Shown here: positions 40,118 through 49,377 of the stretch, piece after piece
Layout: every line of letters begins with the position of its first letter
Numbering within the stretch: position 1 is the stretch's first letter
DNA from: Syntrophaceae bacterium UBA6078
GTDB taxonomy: Bacteria; Desulfobacterota; Syntrophia; Syntrophales; UBA2210
Assembly (NCBI GenBank): GCA_002428735.1
Contig: DIXO01000001.1
Location: forward strand, 57,580 to 121,579
Direction: 5' to 3'
DNA: 64,000 nt
Notes under the pieces: model-generated
The model's input: the letters and a program-made list of their open reading frames with translations, nothing else
Database searches by the model: none
Told to the model about the DNA's origin: nothing
Position numbers and translations under genes: made by a program

Positions 40118-41800
40118 CTAGCTCCCCAGTTCCGTCTTCAGTTCTTTCAATTCCCGGATCATCTCTTCCCGGATAAGGAACGGCTCAAGTAAGGACGCAT
40201 AGCGCTGTTTCTGCTCTTCCAGAATTTCCAGAACTCCCTTCCGGTACCGCGCGTCCATTTCGCGGGCAATGGCCTGAATTTCCCGATACGCGAAGAGGCT
40301 GACCGATCCCTTCGTCACCAGCGGAGCCAGAAAGGAGTCAAGCGCCGCCTCGATAAAGCCGATCCCCCCCAAGAGAACGATTTCGAAGGAAAGGATCAGC
40401 CCTCCCCACAGAATGGCGGTGGAATAGATCCCCACTTCCTTGTACTTCGGTATCCCTCGGGCAAGTTCACGGAATTTTGCTTCCAGCCATTCAATCAGCC
40501 CCTCTTGGAGCCGCTCAATCCTGTCCCGGACCTCTTTATCGGAGAATGCCAGCGTGTCGCGGTGAAGCGCCTCGGAGAATGGAGCGCCCGGAGTCCCGGG
40601 AGAGAGAGTCTCAAGGACGCGGCGGTTTGTCGCGCTGATTGCCGAAAGGATGGGCGTGATGTCGGCCTGTTTTTGTATCCGTGCCAGGTCTTTTCTGCGC
40701 ACGTGGTCCGCGCCCCGCTCGCGAAGTCCGAGCAGACGCAGAGGGGCGAGCACAAGTTGTTTTATATAGTGGCGGGGTTTTGAGAGGATATCGTAGCGAC
40801 TGTAGATCTTCCTGATCTCTTGCCGGATGTGGCCCTCATTGTCCCGTTTGAAGTGCGCTTCAAAGGGACGGAAAAGAACGCTGCCCTGCTCTTCAAAGAG
40901 GGCGTCGATCTGATGCAACCACCGTTCCGCAGCCCCGTTTTCACGTTCCACGAGGTCAAGGAAGGAATCGATGGAATGTCTGAGCCTGGCACGCCTCCTG
41001 TGTCTCCGTTCGTCCAGAAAATCAGGAAGGGTCTCTTTGCGTACGGTTTCAAAAAAGCGCGCCGCGAAACCGCTGAAGGCTTCCTGTCCGGCAATCGTCT
41101 GAACAGAGGGGGCGGGGGTATAGGGAATAAAACATATCCGATCACCGTCAAGCTCCATTCCCCGGTTCCGGAAAAAATCGATGATTTCATCCCGCGTAGC
41201 GGCGGGATCGGCCTTATTGAAGAGAAAAAAGTACGGCATCCCTTCTTTTTTAACACGACCAAAGGTCCGGGATGGGATCTCGTCCGCGTACTTCTCCTGG
41301 CTGGTCACAAAGATAATCAGATCGGCCAGGCGGTACAGGTCCTGGGCCATTCGGCGATTTTCCCCGTCAATGCTGTCAAGATCGGGGGTGTCGACCATGA
41401 CGAGATGGTCAATCTCGTCACGGTCATGCTCGAAGATGATCAGCCCCTTGACTGCGGTGGGGGCGTGGGACGGGGTGGATTCTTCTCCACTCACAGGATT
41501 AGAAAAGTGGAATGTATTGTCCAGCGAATGCTTTGCGTGGACGTACATGACGGGGGCAGCCGTTGTCGGCCGTTCCATTCCGGCCGCGCTGATGGTCGCG
41601 CTGCACAGGGCGTTGAAAAGCGTTGATTTCCCCGTTCCTGTGCCGCCCATAAATACCACCCAGAGCAATGGCTCTTTTTTCTTATACCTGTAGATGGCGA
41701 TGTCTTTGGACAGGGCATCCCGCACGTCATAAAATTCCCCTGCTTCCACCGCCAGCCCAGGGATTCGCACCCTCTCCAAAAACCTGTTGTTGAAATCCAT
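40118..41800 (-). CDS. Large P-loop GTPase, paralogue 1 (dynamin-like/HSR1-like, C-terminal hydrophobic hairpin)
   Basis: About 560 aa from the ATG at 41800 (MDFNNRFLERV, with AAGGAG upstream); the track start at 41836 is GTG. It has G1 GGTGTGKST, a G3-position VMVDTPDLDS, G4 NKAD, and the hydrophobic stretch VGIYSTAILWGGLILSFEIVLLGGIGFIEAAL near the C-terminus. Confidence 0.75.
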   Translation of the reverse strand: MDFNNRFLERVRIPGLAVEAGEFYDVRDALSKDIAIYRYKKKEPLLWVVFMGGTGTGKSTLFNALCSATISAAGMERPTTAAPVMYVHAKHSLDNTFHFSNPVSGEESTPSHAPTAVKGLIIFEHDRDEIDHLVMVDTPDLDSIDGENRRMAQDLYRLADLIIFVTSQEKYADEIPSRTFGRVKKEGMPYFFLFNKADPAATRDEIIDFFRNRGMELDGDRICFIPYTPAPSVQTIAGQEAFSGFAARFFETVRKETLPDFLDERRHRRRARLRHSIDSFLDLVERENGAAERWLHQIDALFEEQGSVLFRPFEAHFKRDNEGHIRQEIRKIYSRYDILSKPRHYIKQLVLAPLRLLGLRERGADHVRRKDLARIQKQADITPILSAISATNRRVLETLSPGTPGAPFSEALHRDTLAFSDKEVRDRIERLQEGLIEWLEAKFRELARGIPKYKEVGIYSTAILWGGLILSFEIVLLGGIGFIEAALDSFLAPLVTKGSVSLFAYREIQAIAREMDARYRKGVLEILEEQKQRYASLLEPFLIREEMIRELKELKTELGS

Positions 41801-42043
41801 TGCCTCCTGCTCCTTATGGCGCCCGATGCCGTACACATGATCCCGCGTATATCAAATAATCTTAATTGATTATCCTCCTTATATACTCTACCAGAAGGAC
41901 ATTGAAACATCAACGGCCTTATGGAGAGAGATCGGGGTCGGTGTGTGCATGGGCAATGACGGATTTGGTGAATCGCAAAAGGCTGAAGTTCGGGCTGCTC
42001 TTTTCATGTTTTCTTCTGCTCAGATTTATAGTATTTGTTCTAT

Positions 42044-43093
42044 ATGAGTACCTATTTCTCCGAAACGCAGGGTTCGGAACAGGAAACCGTTGCTTCTCTG
42101 AAGGATCTCCTCTACCGGATGCCCCACCCCTTTCGCGAAGGGGACGCCGTCGGCGTGAAACTTCACTGGGGGGAACGGGGAAACCACAGCTATCTGCCAC
42201 CAGTCTATGCGCGGGAGATCGTCAGATGGCTCCAGGAAAACGGGGCGCGGCCCTTCGTCTTCGACACGACGGTTCTCTATTCCGGCGGGCGGCGCAGCGG
42301 GAAAGACTCCCTGGAAACGGCGGCGGAGCATGGATACACGAAAGACTTTCTCGGCTGCGAGGTGGTCATCGGGGATGGCCTCGAAGGGAGTGATGTGGTG
42401 GATATCCCCTGCTCCTTGAAACATTTCCCCACGGTACAGGCCGGAGCGGTCGTGAACAGGGCGGAAGGGTTCGTCATCTTCTCTCATTTCAAAGGGCATC
42501 TGGGCGCGGGGTTCGGCGGCGCGATCAAAAACATCTCCATGGGGTTTGCCTCTCGGGCCCAGAAACAGCGCATGCACGCGGATGCCTACCCGTCACTCAT
42601 GGAAAAGCGATGCACCCGCTGTGGCATCTGCGTCGATGTGTGCCCTACCGGGGCGGCTCGCATCTCCGATGGGGAATTCCCCACCTACGATCTGGAACGG
42701 TGCATCGGGTGCGCCCAGTGCATCGGTCAGTGTCCGGTGATGGCGTTGAAGATCTTTTTCTCGGGGGATTCAAGCGTGTTTCAGGAAAAGCTGGTGGAAA
42801 CCGCGGCTGCGGTGTGGAGACGTATCGATAAAAAAACCGTCCTCATCAACGCGCTCGTCAGGATAACCGCAGACTGCGACTGCCTGCCGGGGAAGGCGGA
42901 GATCATATCGCCCGATAGAGGGTTTATCGGCGGTTACCACCCGGTGACCGTCGACCGGGCGTCGCTTGAACGGGTGGGCGAAGGACTCATCACCGGGACC
43001 CACCCGCACGTCCCGTGGCAGCGGCAGTTCACCTTTGCCAGGGAAATCGGCTTTTTCCCTTCCGGGGGGGGCAAACTGATTCATCATAAGTAA
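42044..43093 (+). CDS. 4Fe-4S dicluster domain protein (DUF362-like frame)
   Basis: Two ferredoxin motifs, CTRCGICVDVCP and CIGCAQCIGQCP, lie in the middle of a ~350-aa protein. The flanks resemble what I recall of DUF362, which is unverified. The ATG at 42044 lies inside the TTG-started track ORF. Confidence 0.6.
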   Translation: MSTYFSETQGSEQETVASLKDLLYRMPHPFREGDAVGVKLHWGERGNHSYLPPVYAREIVRWLQENGARPFVFDTTVLYSGGRRSGKDSLETAAEHGYTKDFLGCEVVIGDGLEGSDVVDIPCSLKHFPTVQAGAVVNRAEGFVIFSHFKGHLGAGFGGAIKNISMGFASRAQKQRMHADAYPSLMEKRCTRCGICVDVCPTGAARISDGEFPTYDLERCIGCAQCIGQCPVMALKIFFSGDSSVFQEKLVETAAAVWRRIDKKTVLINALVRITADCDCLPGKAEIISPDRGFIGGYHPVTVDRASLERVGEGLITGTHPHVPWQRQFTFAREIGFFPSGGGKLIHHK

Positions 43094-43248
43094 AATGGTA
43101 CTATAGCCGACAGTGAGGATCACGGGCGAGCGTCTATCCAAGGCTGGTCTTGGAGGAGTTCATGCGTCTTTCCTTCCCATTGTATTTTGAGCGCTTTGGT
43201 GGTATTGCTCCCCTCACAATACACCCATGAATGAAAGGACCGACGAGT

Positions 43249-44052
43249 ATGGAATATCAGTGGATTGAAGTGAAGATGGAGGATCACGTCGCGACGGTAG
43301 CACTGAACAGAACGAAAAGCCTCAACGCCCTGAGTCTCGATTTCGCAAAAGAAATTGTCGATGTATTCACCGAACTGGGAACGATGAGCGATGTCTGGGT
43401 TATTATTCTGAAGAGCAATGCCCGGATCTTTTCCGCCGGTCTCGATCTGAAGGATGCCATGTCGCGGGGCCTTATCGGAAAACCGAAGAATATGCTCAAT
43501 ATCCCCATCAACGATCGGGTCCTCTTTGACTGCTGCCATGTCATCGAGGAATGCAAGAAACCGGTCATCGCCGCCGTACATGGGATGTGCGTCGGCGCCG
43601 GGCTTGACATCATCTCCTCGTGCGACCTCCGCCTCTGCACCGAAGACGCCACATTCTCACTCCGTGAGGCGCGGATAGGCATCGTCGCCGACATGGGTGT
43701 CCTCCAGCGGCTCCCTCACATCATCGGCCAGGCCTTTACGCGGCAGATGGCCTACACGGGGCGGTTTTTCACCGCCGGTGAGGTTGAACGGATGGGGCTG
43801 GTCCTCGAAATCTATCCGGACCAGAAAGCGCTGATGAAGGGGGCGATGAAGCTGGCTGAAGAGATCAAGGAGAGCGCTCCTCTTGGGGTTCAGAATACCA
43901 AGGAGGTTCTCAACTACAGTCGGACGGCGACGATCCGGGACGGCATAGCGCTGGCGGTTCACAAAAATATGGTGCTCCTCGCGTCGAAGGATTGCGTCGA
44001 AGCGATAACGGCTTTTGCCGAGAAACGGAAACCCGATTTCACGGGTGAATAG
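43249..44052 (+). CDS. Enoyl-CoA hydratase/isomerase (crotonase) family protein
   Basis: Contains VATVALNRTKSLNAL...IFSAGLDLK...AAVHGMCVGAGLD, the crotonase oxyanion-hole pattern. The ATG at 43249 has AAAGGA upstream. Confidence 0.85.
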   Translation: MEYQWIEVKMEDHVATVALNRTKSLNALSLDFAKEIVDVFTELGTMSDVWVIILKSNARIFSAGLDLKDAMSRGLIGKPKNMLNIPINDRVLFDCCHVIEECKKPVIAAVHGMCVGAGLDIISSCDLRLCTEDATFSLREARIGIVADMGVLQRLPHIIGQAFTRQMAYTGRFFTAGEVERMGLVLEIYPDQKALMKGAMKLAEEIKESAPLGVQNTKEVLNYSRTATIRDGIALAVHKNMVLLASKDCVEAITAFAEKRKPDFTGE

Positions 44053-44189
44053 AGACATGGCAGCTACGCCCCTTGCTGCATTCCCCTCTGGGCAGACGGG
44101 GACGGGGCGGTTCACGCTCAAAAAATTACTTGTATAAAACGAGGTGCCCTGTTAGAAAAATTTGGGTATGCACGTGAAAGAGGTCAATC

Positions 44190-45125
44190 ATGGAAAACAT
44201 TTCTGATGCCACGAAACACTTTATCGATCTGAGACGCCACATGTGGATGGCCGGTATTGATGAAGAACTTCGGAGGCTCATCTGGCAGATAGCCGTAACG
44301 GGTAAGTATATATCTTCCAAGATTCAGGAGTCGAACCGGAAACTGGCAGGCCATAACAACATGTATGGAGAAGAACAACTTGCCCTGGATATGAGTTCCG
44401 ATGAGATCATCAAGAATCAGCTCACATTCTCGGGTTTTGTCAGTCATTACGCCTCCGAGGAAAGAGACGCCATCATTCAGGTGGGCAAGGGAGGGGAGAA
44501 ATATATCGTCACAGCCGACCCCCTGGACGGCTCTTCCCTGGTCGATACCAACCTCGCCATCGGAACCATTATCGGGATCCATGATGCCCCTATCCTGACA
44601 AAAGGCGAAAAAAGCCTCGTCGCCGCGATGTACATCACTTACGGGCCGCTGATCACGATGACGTACTCCGCCGGTAACGGAACCCATGAGTTCGTTCTCA
44701 ACAGAGAGGGGGAATACGTTCTTTCCGAAGAAAACATACGACTTGACGAAAAGGGCACCATATACAGCATCGGCGGTCTCCGAAAGGAATGGACACAGGG
44801 GCACCTCGAATACATCCGGTTTCTGGAAAACGAGGGGTACAAGCTGCGATACAGCGGGGGATTTGTCCCTGATATCAACCAGATCCTGATCAAAGGGGGG
44901 GGTATCTTCACCTACCCGGCGCTGAAAGGCAGCCCCCAGGGGAAATTGCGCCTTATCTATGAACTCCAACCCATGGCATTTCTTATGGAACAGGCGGGGG
45001 GGATGGCGACGGATGGGATTGAACGCATCCTGTCGATACCGGCACAGACCCACGATCAGAGATCACCCGTCTACATGGGAAGCAGGTATGAGGTGGAAAC
45101 GGCAAAGACATTTCTGAAAGAGTGA
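44190..45125 (+). CDS. fbp: Fructose-1,6-bisphosphatase class 1
   Basis: 311-aa ORF with ...ASEERD...VTADPLDGSSLVDTNLAIGTIIGI...GGIFTYP..., typical of class 1 FBPase. Confidence 0.88.
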   Translation: MENISDATKHFIDLRRHMWMAGIDEELRRLIWQIAVTGKYISSKIQESNRKLAGHNNMYGEEQLALDMSSDEIIKNQLTFSGFVSHYASEERDAIIQVGKGGEKYIVTADPLDGSSLVDTNLAIGTIIGIHDAPILTKGEKSLVAAMYITYGPLITMTYSAGNGTHEFVLNREGEYVLSEENIRLDEKGTIYSIGGLRKEWTQGHLEYIRFLENEGYKLRYSGGFVPDINQILIKGGGIFTYPALKGSPQGKLRLIYELQPMAFLMEQAGGMATDGIERILSIPAQTHDQRSPVYMGSRYEVETAKTFLKE

Positions 45126-45169
45126 TTGGACAAGGCATGCCACCGAAGAGACAAAGAGGGGGATCTGTT

Positions 45170-46564
45170 ATGATTTACGAAAGTCTTGACCAGTTGAAAA
45201 AAGGCATTTCCGGCGTATTGACCATCGAGAAAGATGACGTCACCGTATCGGATGAAACCCGTCTCCGGGAGACACTGATCGACAACCTCGTCTATTCGGC
45301 CGTCTTCAGCCCTGACAACGAGGCACAATCATGCTCACGGTGGCTGATCCGGCGGGCCGGAGCTCGTCTGGGATGTGTGGCCTCCTCGATCCAGTCGCTA
45401 TACGAAGCGATGGGGAAGGGCGCCGTTTCAGGCTTCACCGTTCCAGCCATCAATTTGCGCGGCATCACATACCACAGCGCCCAGGCGGTATTTCGAGCCG
45501 CCATGGAGGCACATGCCGGTCCCGTTATCTTTGAGATTGCCCGTTCGGAGATCGGATATACCGATCAGCGCCCTTCGGAATACACCACTGCGGTAACCGC
45601 CGCCGCCATCAAGGCCGGCTACAGGGGTCCTCTCTTCCTGCAGGGCGACCACTTCCAGATAAATGCAAAAGGCTATGCCGCTGATCCGGTTGCTGAGATT
45701 CAGGGGATTCAATCGCTGATAGGAGAGGCAATCGAGGCGGGGTTTTACAACATCGATATCGACGCCTCCACCCTCGCTGATCTGAGCAGGCCTTCCGTCA
45801 GGGAACAGCATGAACTGAACTACACCATCACCGCGGACATTACCGCCATGATACGGAATATCGAGCCGGCAGGCGTTACCGTGTCCGTCGGTGGAGAGAT
45901 AGGAGAAATCGGTGACAAAAATACGACGGTAGAAGAATTTACCGTTTTTATGGACAATTATCTCGCCACACTCGGCAGAAGAGGAAAGGGACTGAAAGGG
46001 ATCAGCAAGATCAGCATCCAGACGGGAACGACCCACGGAGGCGTCCCGCTCCCTGACGGTTCAATTGCGGAAGCAAAGATAGACTTCGGCGCCCTCAAAG
46101 AGATATCCCGTGTGGCCCAATCCCGGTATGGTCTTTCAGGGGCCGTTCAACACGGAGCGTCCACCCTCCCCGACGAGGCCTTCAATCACTTCCCGCCGAC
46201 AGGAACAGCGGAAATACATCTGGCAACAGGCTTTCAGAACATGATCTATGACAGCGGGCATTTTCCCCGGGATCTCAGAGAAAAGATATATGCGTGGATC
46301 AACTCCGATCTGAGGGTCGAAAAGAAGGAAACTGACACTGACGAGCAGTTTATTTACAAGACCAGGAAAAAGGGATTCGGCCGTTTCAAGGAAGACATGT
46401 GGGCTCTTCCCCCCCCTGTTCTGGAGAAGATCGGCGCTGAACTGCAGGGGAAGTTTTCATTCCTTTTCGAAAAGCTTAATCTGCCGGGGACCAGAGATAT
46501 CATGGATCGGCTGGTCAAACCGGTCGATGTTCCCTTGAAAGTCCCACCGCAATTGAAGCAGTAA
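45170..46564 (+). CDS. Class II (metal-dependent) fructose/ketose-bisphosphate aldolase family protein, long form
   Basis: 464 aa from the ATG at 45170 (RBS AGAGGGGGA). VPAINLRG...GPVIFEIARSE...FLQGDHFQ...GFYNIDIDAS...GTTHGG follows the class II aldolase motif order. It lies adjacent to fbp. Confidence 0.6.
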   Translation: MIYESLDQLKKGISGVLTIEKDDVTVSDETRLRETLIDNLVYSAVFSPDNEAQSCSRWLIRRAGARLGCVASSIQSLYEAMGKGAVSGFTVPAINLRGITYHSAQAVFRAAMEAHAGPVIFEIARSEIGYTDQRPSEYTTAVTAAAIKAGYRGPLFLQGDHFQINAKGYAADPVAEIQGIQSLIGEAIEAGFYNIDIDASTLADLSRPSVREQHELNYTITADITAMIRNIEPAGVTVSVGGEIGEIGDKNTTVEEFTVFMDNYLATLGRRGKGLKGISKISIQTGTTHGGVPLPDGSIAEAKIDFGALKEISRVAQSRYGLSGAVQHGASTLPDEAFNHFPPTGTAEIHLATGFQNMIYDSGHFPRDLREKIYAWINSDLRVEKKETDTDEQFIYKTRKKGFGRFKEDMWALPPPVLEKIGAELQGKFSFLFEKLNLPGTRDIMDRLVKPVDVPLKVPPQLKQ

Positions 46565-46659
46565 AATGTGAGTTTTTAAAATAGTGGCTGGACAAGCAAA
46601 GATTGTATCTGTATGTGTGTAACGGGAATAAAAAAACAACAGAGGAGGGAGTTCCAATC

Positions 46660-48552
46660 ATGTCAGAGAAGTATTCAGAAATTTACAATTTATCTATCAA
46701 TCATCCTGACCGTTTTTGGGGAGAAGCCGCCGAGTCGGTCCAGTGGGAGAAGAAGTGGGACAGGGTGTTGGACGACAGCAACAAGCCTTTTTACCGGTGG
46801 TTTGTGGGAGGCAGGCTAAACACCTGTTACAATGCGCTGGACTATCACGTGCAGAATGGCCGTGGTGACCAGACAGCCATTATCTATGACAGTCCGGTTA
46901 CTGACACCGTAAAGAAAACAACCTACCGTGAACTTCTTGACAGGGTTTCGCGATTTGCGGGGGGGTTGCGGGACCTCGGCGTAACGAAGGGGGACACGGT
47001 CGTCATCTATATGCCCATGATCCCTGAAGCCCCAATGGCCATGCTCGCCTGCGCGCGGATCGGGGCCGTCCATTCCGTTGTGTTTGGAGGATTCGCCCCC
47101 AACGAACTGGCAATCCGCATCGACGACGCGAAACCAAAGGTTGTTGTCTCCGCCTCCTGCGGAATTGAAGGGAAGAAAACCATACCCTACAAACCGCTCC
47201 TGGATCAGGCAATCAAGATATCCACTCACAAGCCGGATAAGTGCGTTATCTTCCAGCGTCCTCAGGCGGAAGCCCCTCTGACCCCCGGTCGCGATTTTGA
47301 CGGGGAATCTTTGATGCAGGAGGCAAAACCGGCGGATTGCGTCGCTGTTGAAGCGACGGACCCCCTGTACATTCTCTACACGTCGGGAACAACAGGAAAG
47401 CCAAAGGGGGTTATGCGCGACAATGGAGGCCACGCGGTCGCCCTGAAGTGGTCGATGAAGTACCTCTACGGCGTAAAGCCCGGCGAGGTTTACTGGGCGG
47501 CATCAGACGTGGGATGGGTTGTGGGCCATTCATATATTGTTTACGCCCCTCTCCTGGCAGGTTGTACGACGATCCTGTACGAAGGGAAACCGGTCGGGAC
47601 GCCGGATCCCGGAGCTTTCTGGCGGGTCATCTCCGAACATGGCGTTTCCGTCCTCTTCACAGCCCCGACGGCATTTCGCGCCATCAAGAAGGAAGATCCG
47701 CGGGCCGAGTACCTGAAGAAATATGATATCAAGTCGTTGCGGTACCTTTTTCTGGCCGGCGAGCGGCTTGATCCCGACACCTACTACTGGGCTTCCGACA
47801 TCTTGAAGATACCGGTCATCGATCATTGGTGGCAGACGGAAACGGGATGGGGCATTGCCGCGAATTGCATGGGGATTGAGCCCTTCCCCATCAAGGCGGG
47901 CTCTCCCACAAAAGCCGTCCCCGGTTACGACGTTCAGATCATTGATGCCGAGGGCAAAACACTGCCTCCCGGGGTAGACGGCATTATCGGGATCAAGCTG
48001 CCTCTCCCCCCCGGGTGCCTGCCGACCCTGTGGAAGGATGACAAGCGATACCTTGAATATGTGACCGAGATACCGGGATTCTATGTAACCGGTGACGGAG
48101 GCCATATCGATGAAGACGGGTATCTTTTCATCATGGGGCGAATCGATGATGTCATCAATGTCGCCGGACACCGGCTCTCCACCGGTGCCATGGAAGAGAT
48201 AGTGGCGAAGCACCAGGATGTTGCGGAATGCGCCGTTCTCGGGGCGAACGAGCAGCTCAAGGGGGAAGTCCCTGTCGGTTTTGCCGTTCTGAAGGCCGGG
48301 GTTGAGCGCGAACCGGATGAGATAGTCAAGGAACTGGTGCAGATGGTGCGATCCGATATCGGTGCCGTTGCCTGTTTCAAGCAGTGCGCCATCGTGAAGG
48401 CCCTTCCCAAGACCCGCTCGGGGAAGACACTGAGGGCGACCATGCGCAAGATCGTCAACGGTGAAAAGTATACCGTTCCTTCGACAATCGAAGACGAGTC
48501 GGTCCTCGCCGGTATCGAAGCGGCGGCAAAGAAGCTGGGATTGGGCAAATAA
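46660..48552 (+). CDS. AMP-forming acyl-CoA synthetase (propionyl-/acetyl-CoA synthetase family)
   Basis: 630 aa from the ATG at 46660 (RBS GAGGAGGG). It has N-terminal ...NHPDRFWGEAA..., the AMP-binding motif YTSGTTGKPKGV and C-terminal ...LPKTRSGKTLR. The length and N-terminus fit PrpE better than Acs, but that is not decisive. Confidence 0.85.
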   Translation: MSEKYSEIYNLSINHPDRFWGEAAESVQWEKKWDRVLDDSNKPFYRWFVGGRLNTCYNALDYHVQNGRGDQTAIIYDSPVTDTVKKTTYRELLDRVSRFAGGLRDLGVTKGDTVVIYMPMIPEAPMAMLACARIGAVHSVVFGGFAPNELAIRIDDAKPKVVVSASCGIEGKKTIPYKPLLDQAIKISTHKPDKCVIFQRPQAEAPLTPGRDFDGESLMQEAKPADCVAVEATDPLYILYTSGTTGKPKGVMRDNGGHAVALKWSMKYLYGVKPGEVYWAASDVGWVVGHSYIVYAPLLAGCTTILYEGKPVGTPDPGAFWRVISEHGVSVLFTAPTAFRAIKKEDPRAEYLKKYDIKSLRYLFLAGERLDPDTYYWASDILKIPVIDHWWQTETGWGIAANCMGIEPFPIKAGSPTKAVPGYDVQIIDAEGKTLPPGVDGIIGIKLPLPPGCLPTLWKDDKRYLEYVTEIPGFYVTGDGGHIDEDGYLFIMGRIDDVINVAGHRLSTGAMEEIVAKHQDVAECAVLGANEQLKGEVPVGFAVLKAGVEREPDEIVKELVQMVRSDIGAVACFKQCAIVKALPKTRSGKTLRATMRKIVNGEKYTVPSTIEDESVLAGIEAAAKKLGLGK

Positions 48553-48617
48553 GTCGCACATTACACCTGAGGCGAAAGGAACTGTGCAGCACTGGTTCAA
48601 AAGGGAGAAAGGAATTA

Positions 48618-49292
48618 ATGAAAGAGATACTACAGAAGGCAATCGATAGAAAACAGAAGGCCCTCTCCGAGTACGATTCGAAGCGGGTCATTGCATCGGC
48701 CGGGGTTGCGATTACGCGGGAAGGTCTTGCCGCTTCCAGGGATGAGGCCGTCAGCCTCGCCGAAGGATTTGGATTCCCGGTAGTCTTGAAGGGCTGCTCC
48801 AGCACGTTGACCCATAAAACAGAGATGGGGATGGTGAAGCTGAACCTGGGAAGCGCCAACGATGTGGCACAGGCATACGATGAAATTATCGCGGCCGGCG
48901 CGGAACTCGACGGGGTCCTCGTACAGGAGATGATCAAGGGGGTACGCGAATTTGTCATCGGTCTCACCCGCGATCCCCAGTTCGGCCCGTGCGTCATGTT
49001 CGGCCTGGGTGGTATTTTTACCGAGGTTCTGAACGATGTCAGCTTCAGAGTGGCTCCCATCTCTGAAATGGACGCCATGGAAATGATGGAAGAAATCAAG
49101 ACCAAAAAACTGCTCGACGCGTTCCGGGGAAGCCCGGCGGTTGACAGAAAGGCCCTTGCCAGGGCCCTCGTCGGGATCGGCAACCTTGGCGTTGAATACG
49201 ACCAGATCGCCGAGATAGACATCAATCCCGTTATCATTGCGGGGGACCGTCCGATCGCCGTTGACGCGCTGGTTGTCCTTAATAATTCCTGA
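48618..49292 (+). CDS. Stand-alone ATP-grasp domain protein (beta-domain of ADP-forming acyl-CoA synthetase type)
   Basis: 224-aa ORF with LSEYDSKRVIASAGV...AEGFGFPVVLK...GVLVQEMI...EFVIGLTRDPQFGPCVMFGLGGIFTEVLNDVSFRVAP...EIDINPV, the pattern of AcdB-like ATP-grasp domains. Confidence 0.7.
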   Translation: MKEILQKAIDRKQKALSEYDSKRVIASAGVAITREGLAASRDEAVSLAEGFGFPVVLKGCSSTLTHKTEMGMVKLNLGSANDVAQAYDEIIAAGAELDGVLVQEMIKGVREFVIGLTRDPQFGPCVMFGLGGIFTEVLNDVSFRVAPISEMDAMEMMEEIKTKKLLDAFRGSPAVDRKALARALVGIGNLGVEYDQIAEIDINPVIIAGDRPIAVDALVVLNNS

Positions 49293-49334
49293 GGGCAGCA
49301 ACAGGATAAAAAACTTCACCGTACCATACGAACC

Positions 49335-49377
49335 ATACCATACCCGCGTGTTGCACAGGAACATGCGGGTATGGTAT
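49335..49377. other. Perfect 13-bp stem hairpin in the 368-nt spacer upstream of carB
   Basis: ATACCATACCCGC (49335-49347), a 17-nt loop, then GCGGGTATGGTAT (49365-49377). No U-tract follows on either strand. Confidence 0.5.

Noticed and set aside
46565-46659. Sigma-54-like TGGC...GC strings upstream of the acyl-CoA synthetase (TGGCTGGACAAGCA) and upstream of the kinase at 30425-30442 (TGGCCGATCTTGTATTGC).
   Set aside because: The GG-to-GC spacing is off by 2-3 nt relative to the strict -24/-12 geometry.
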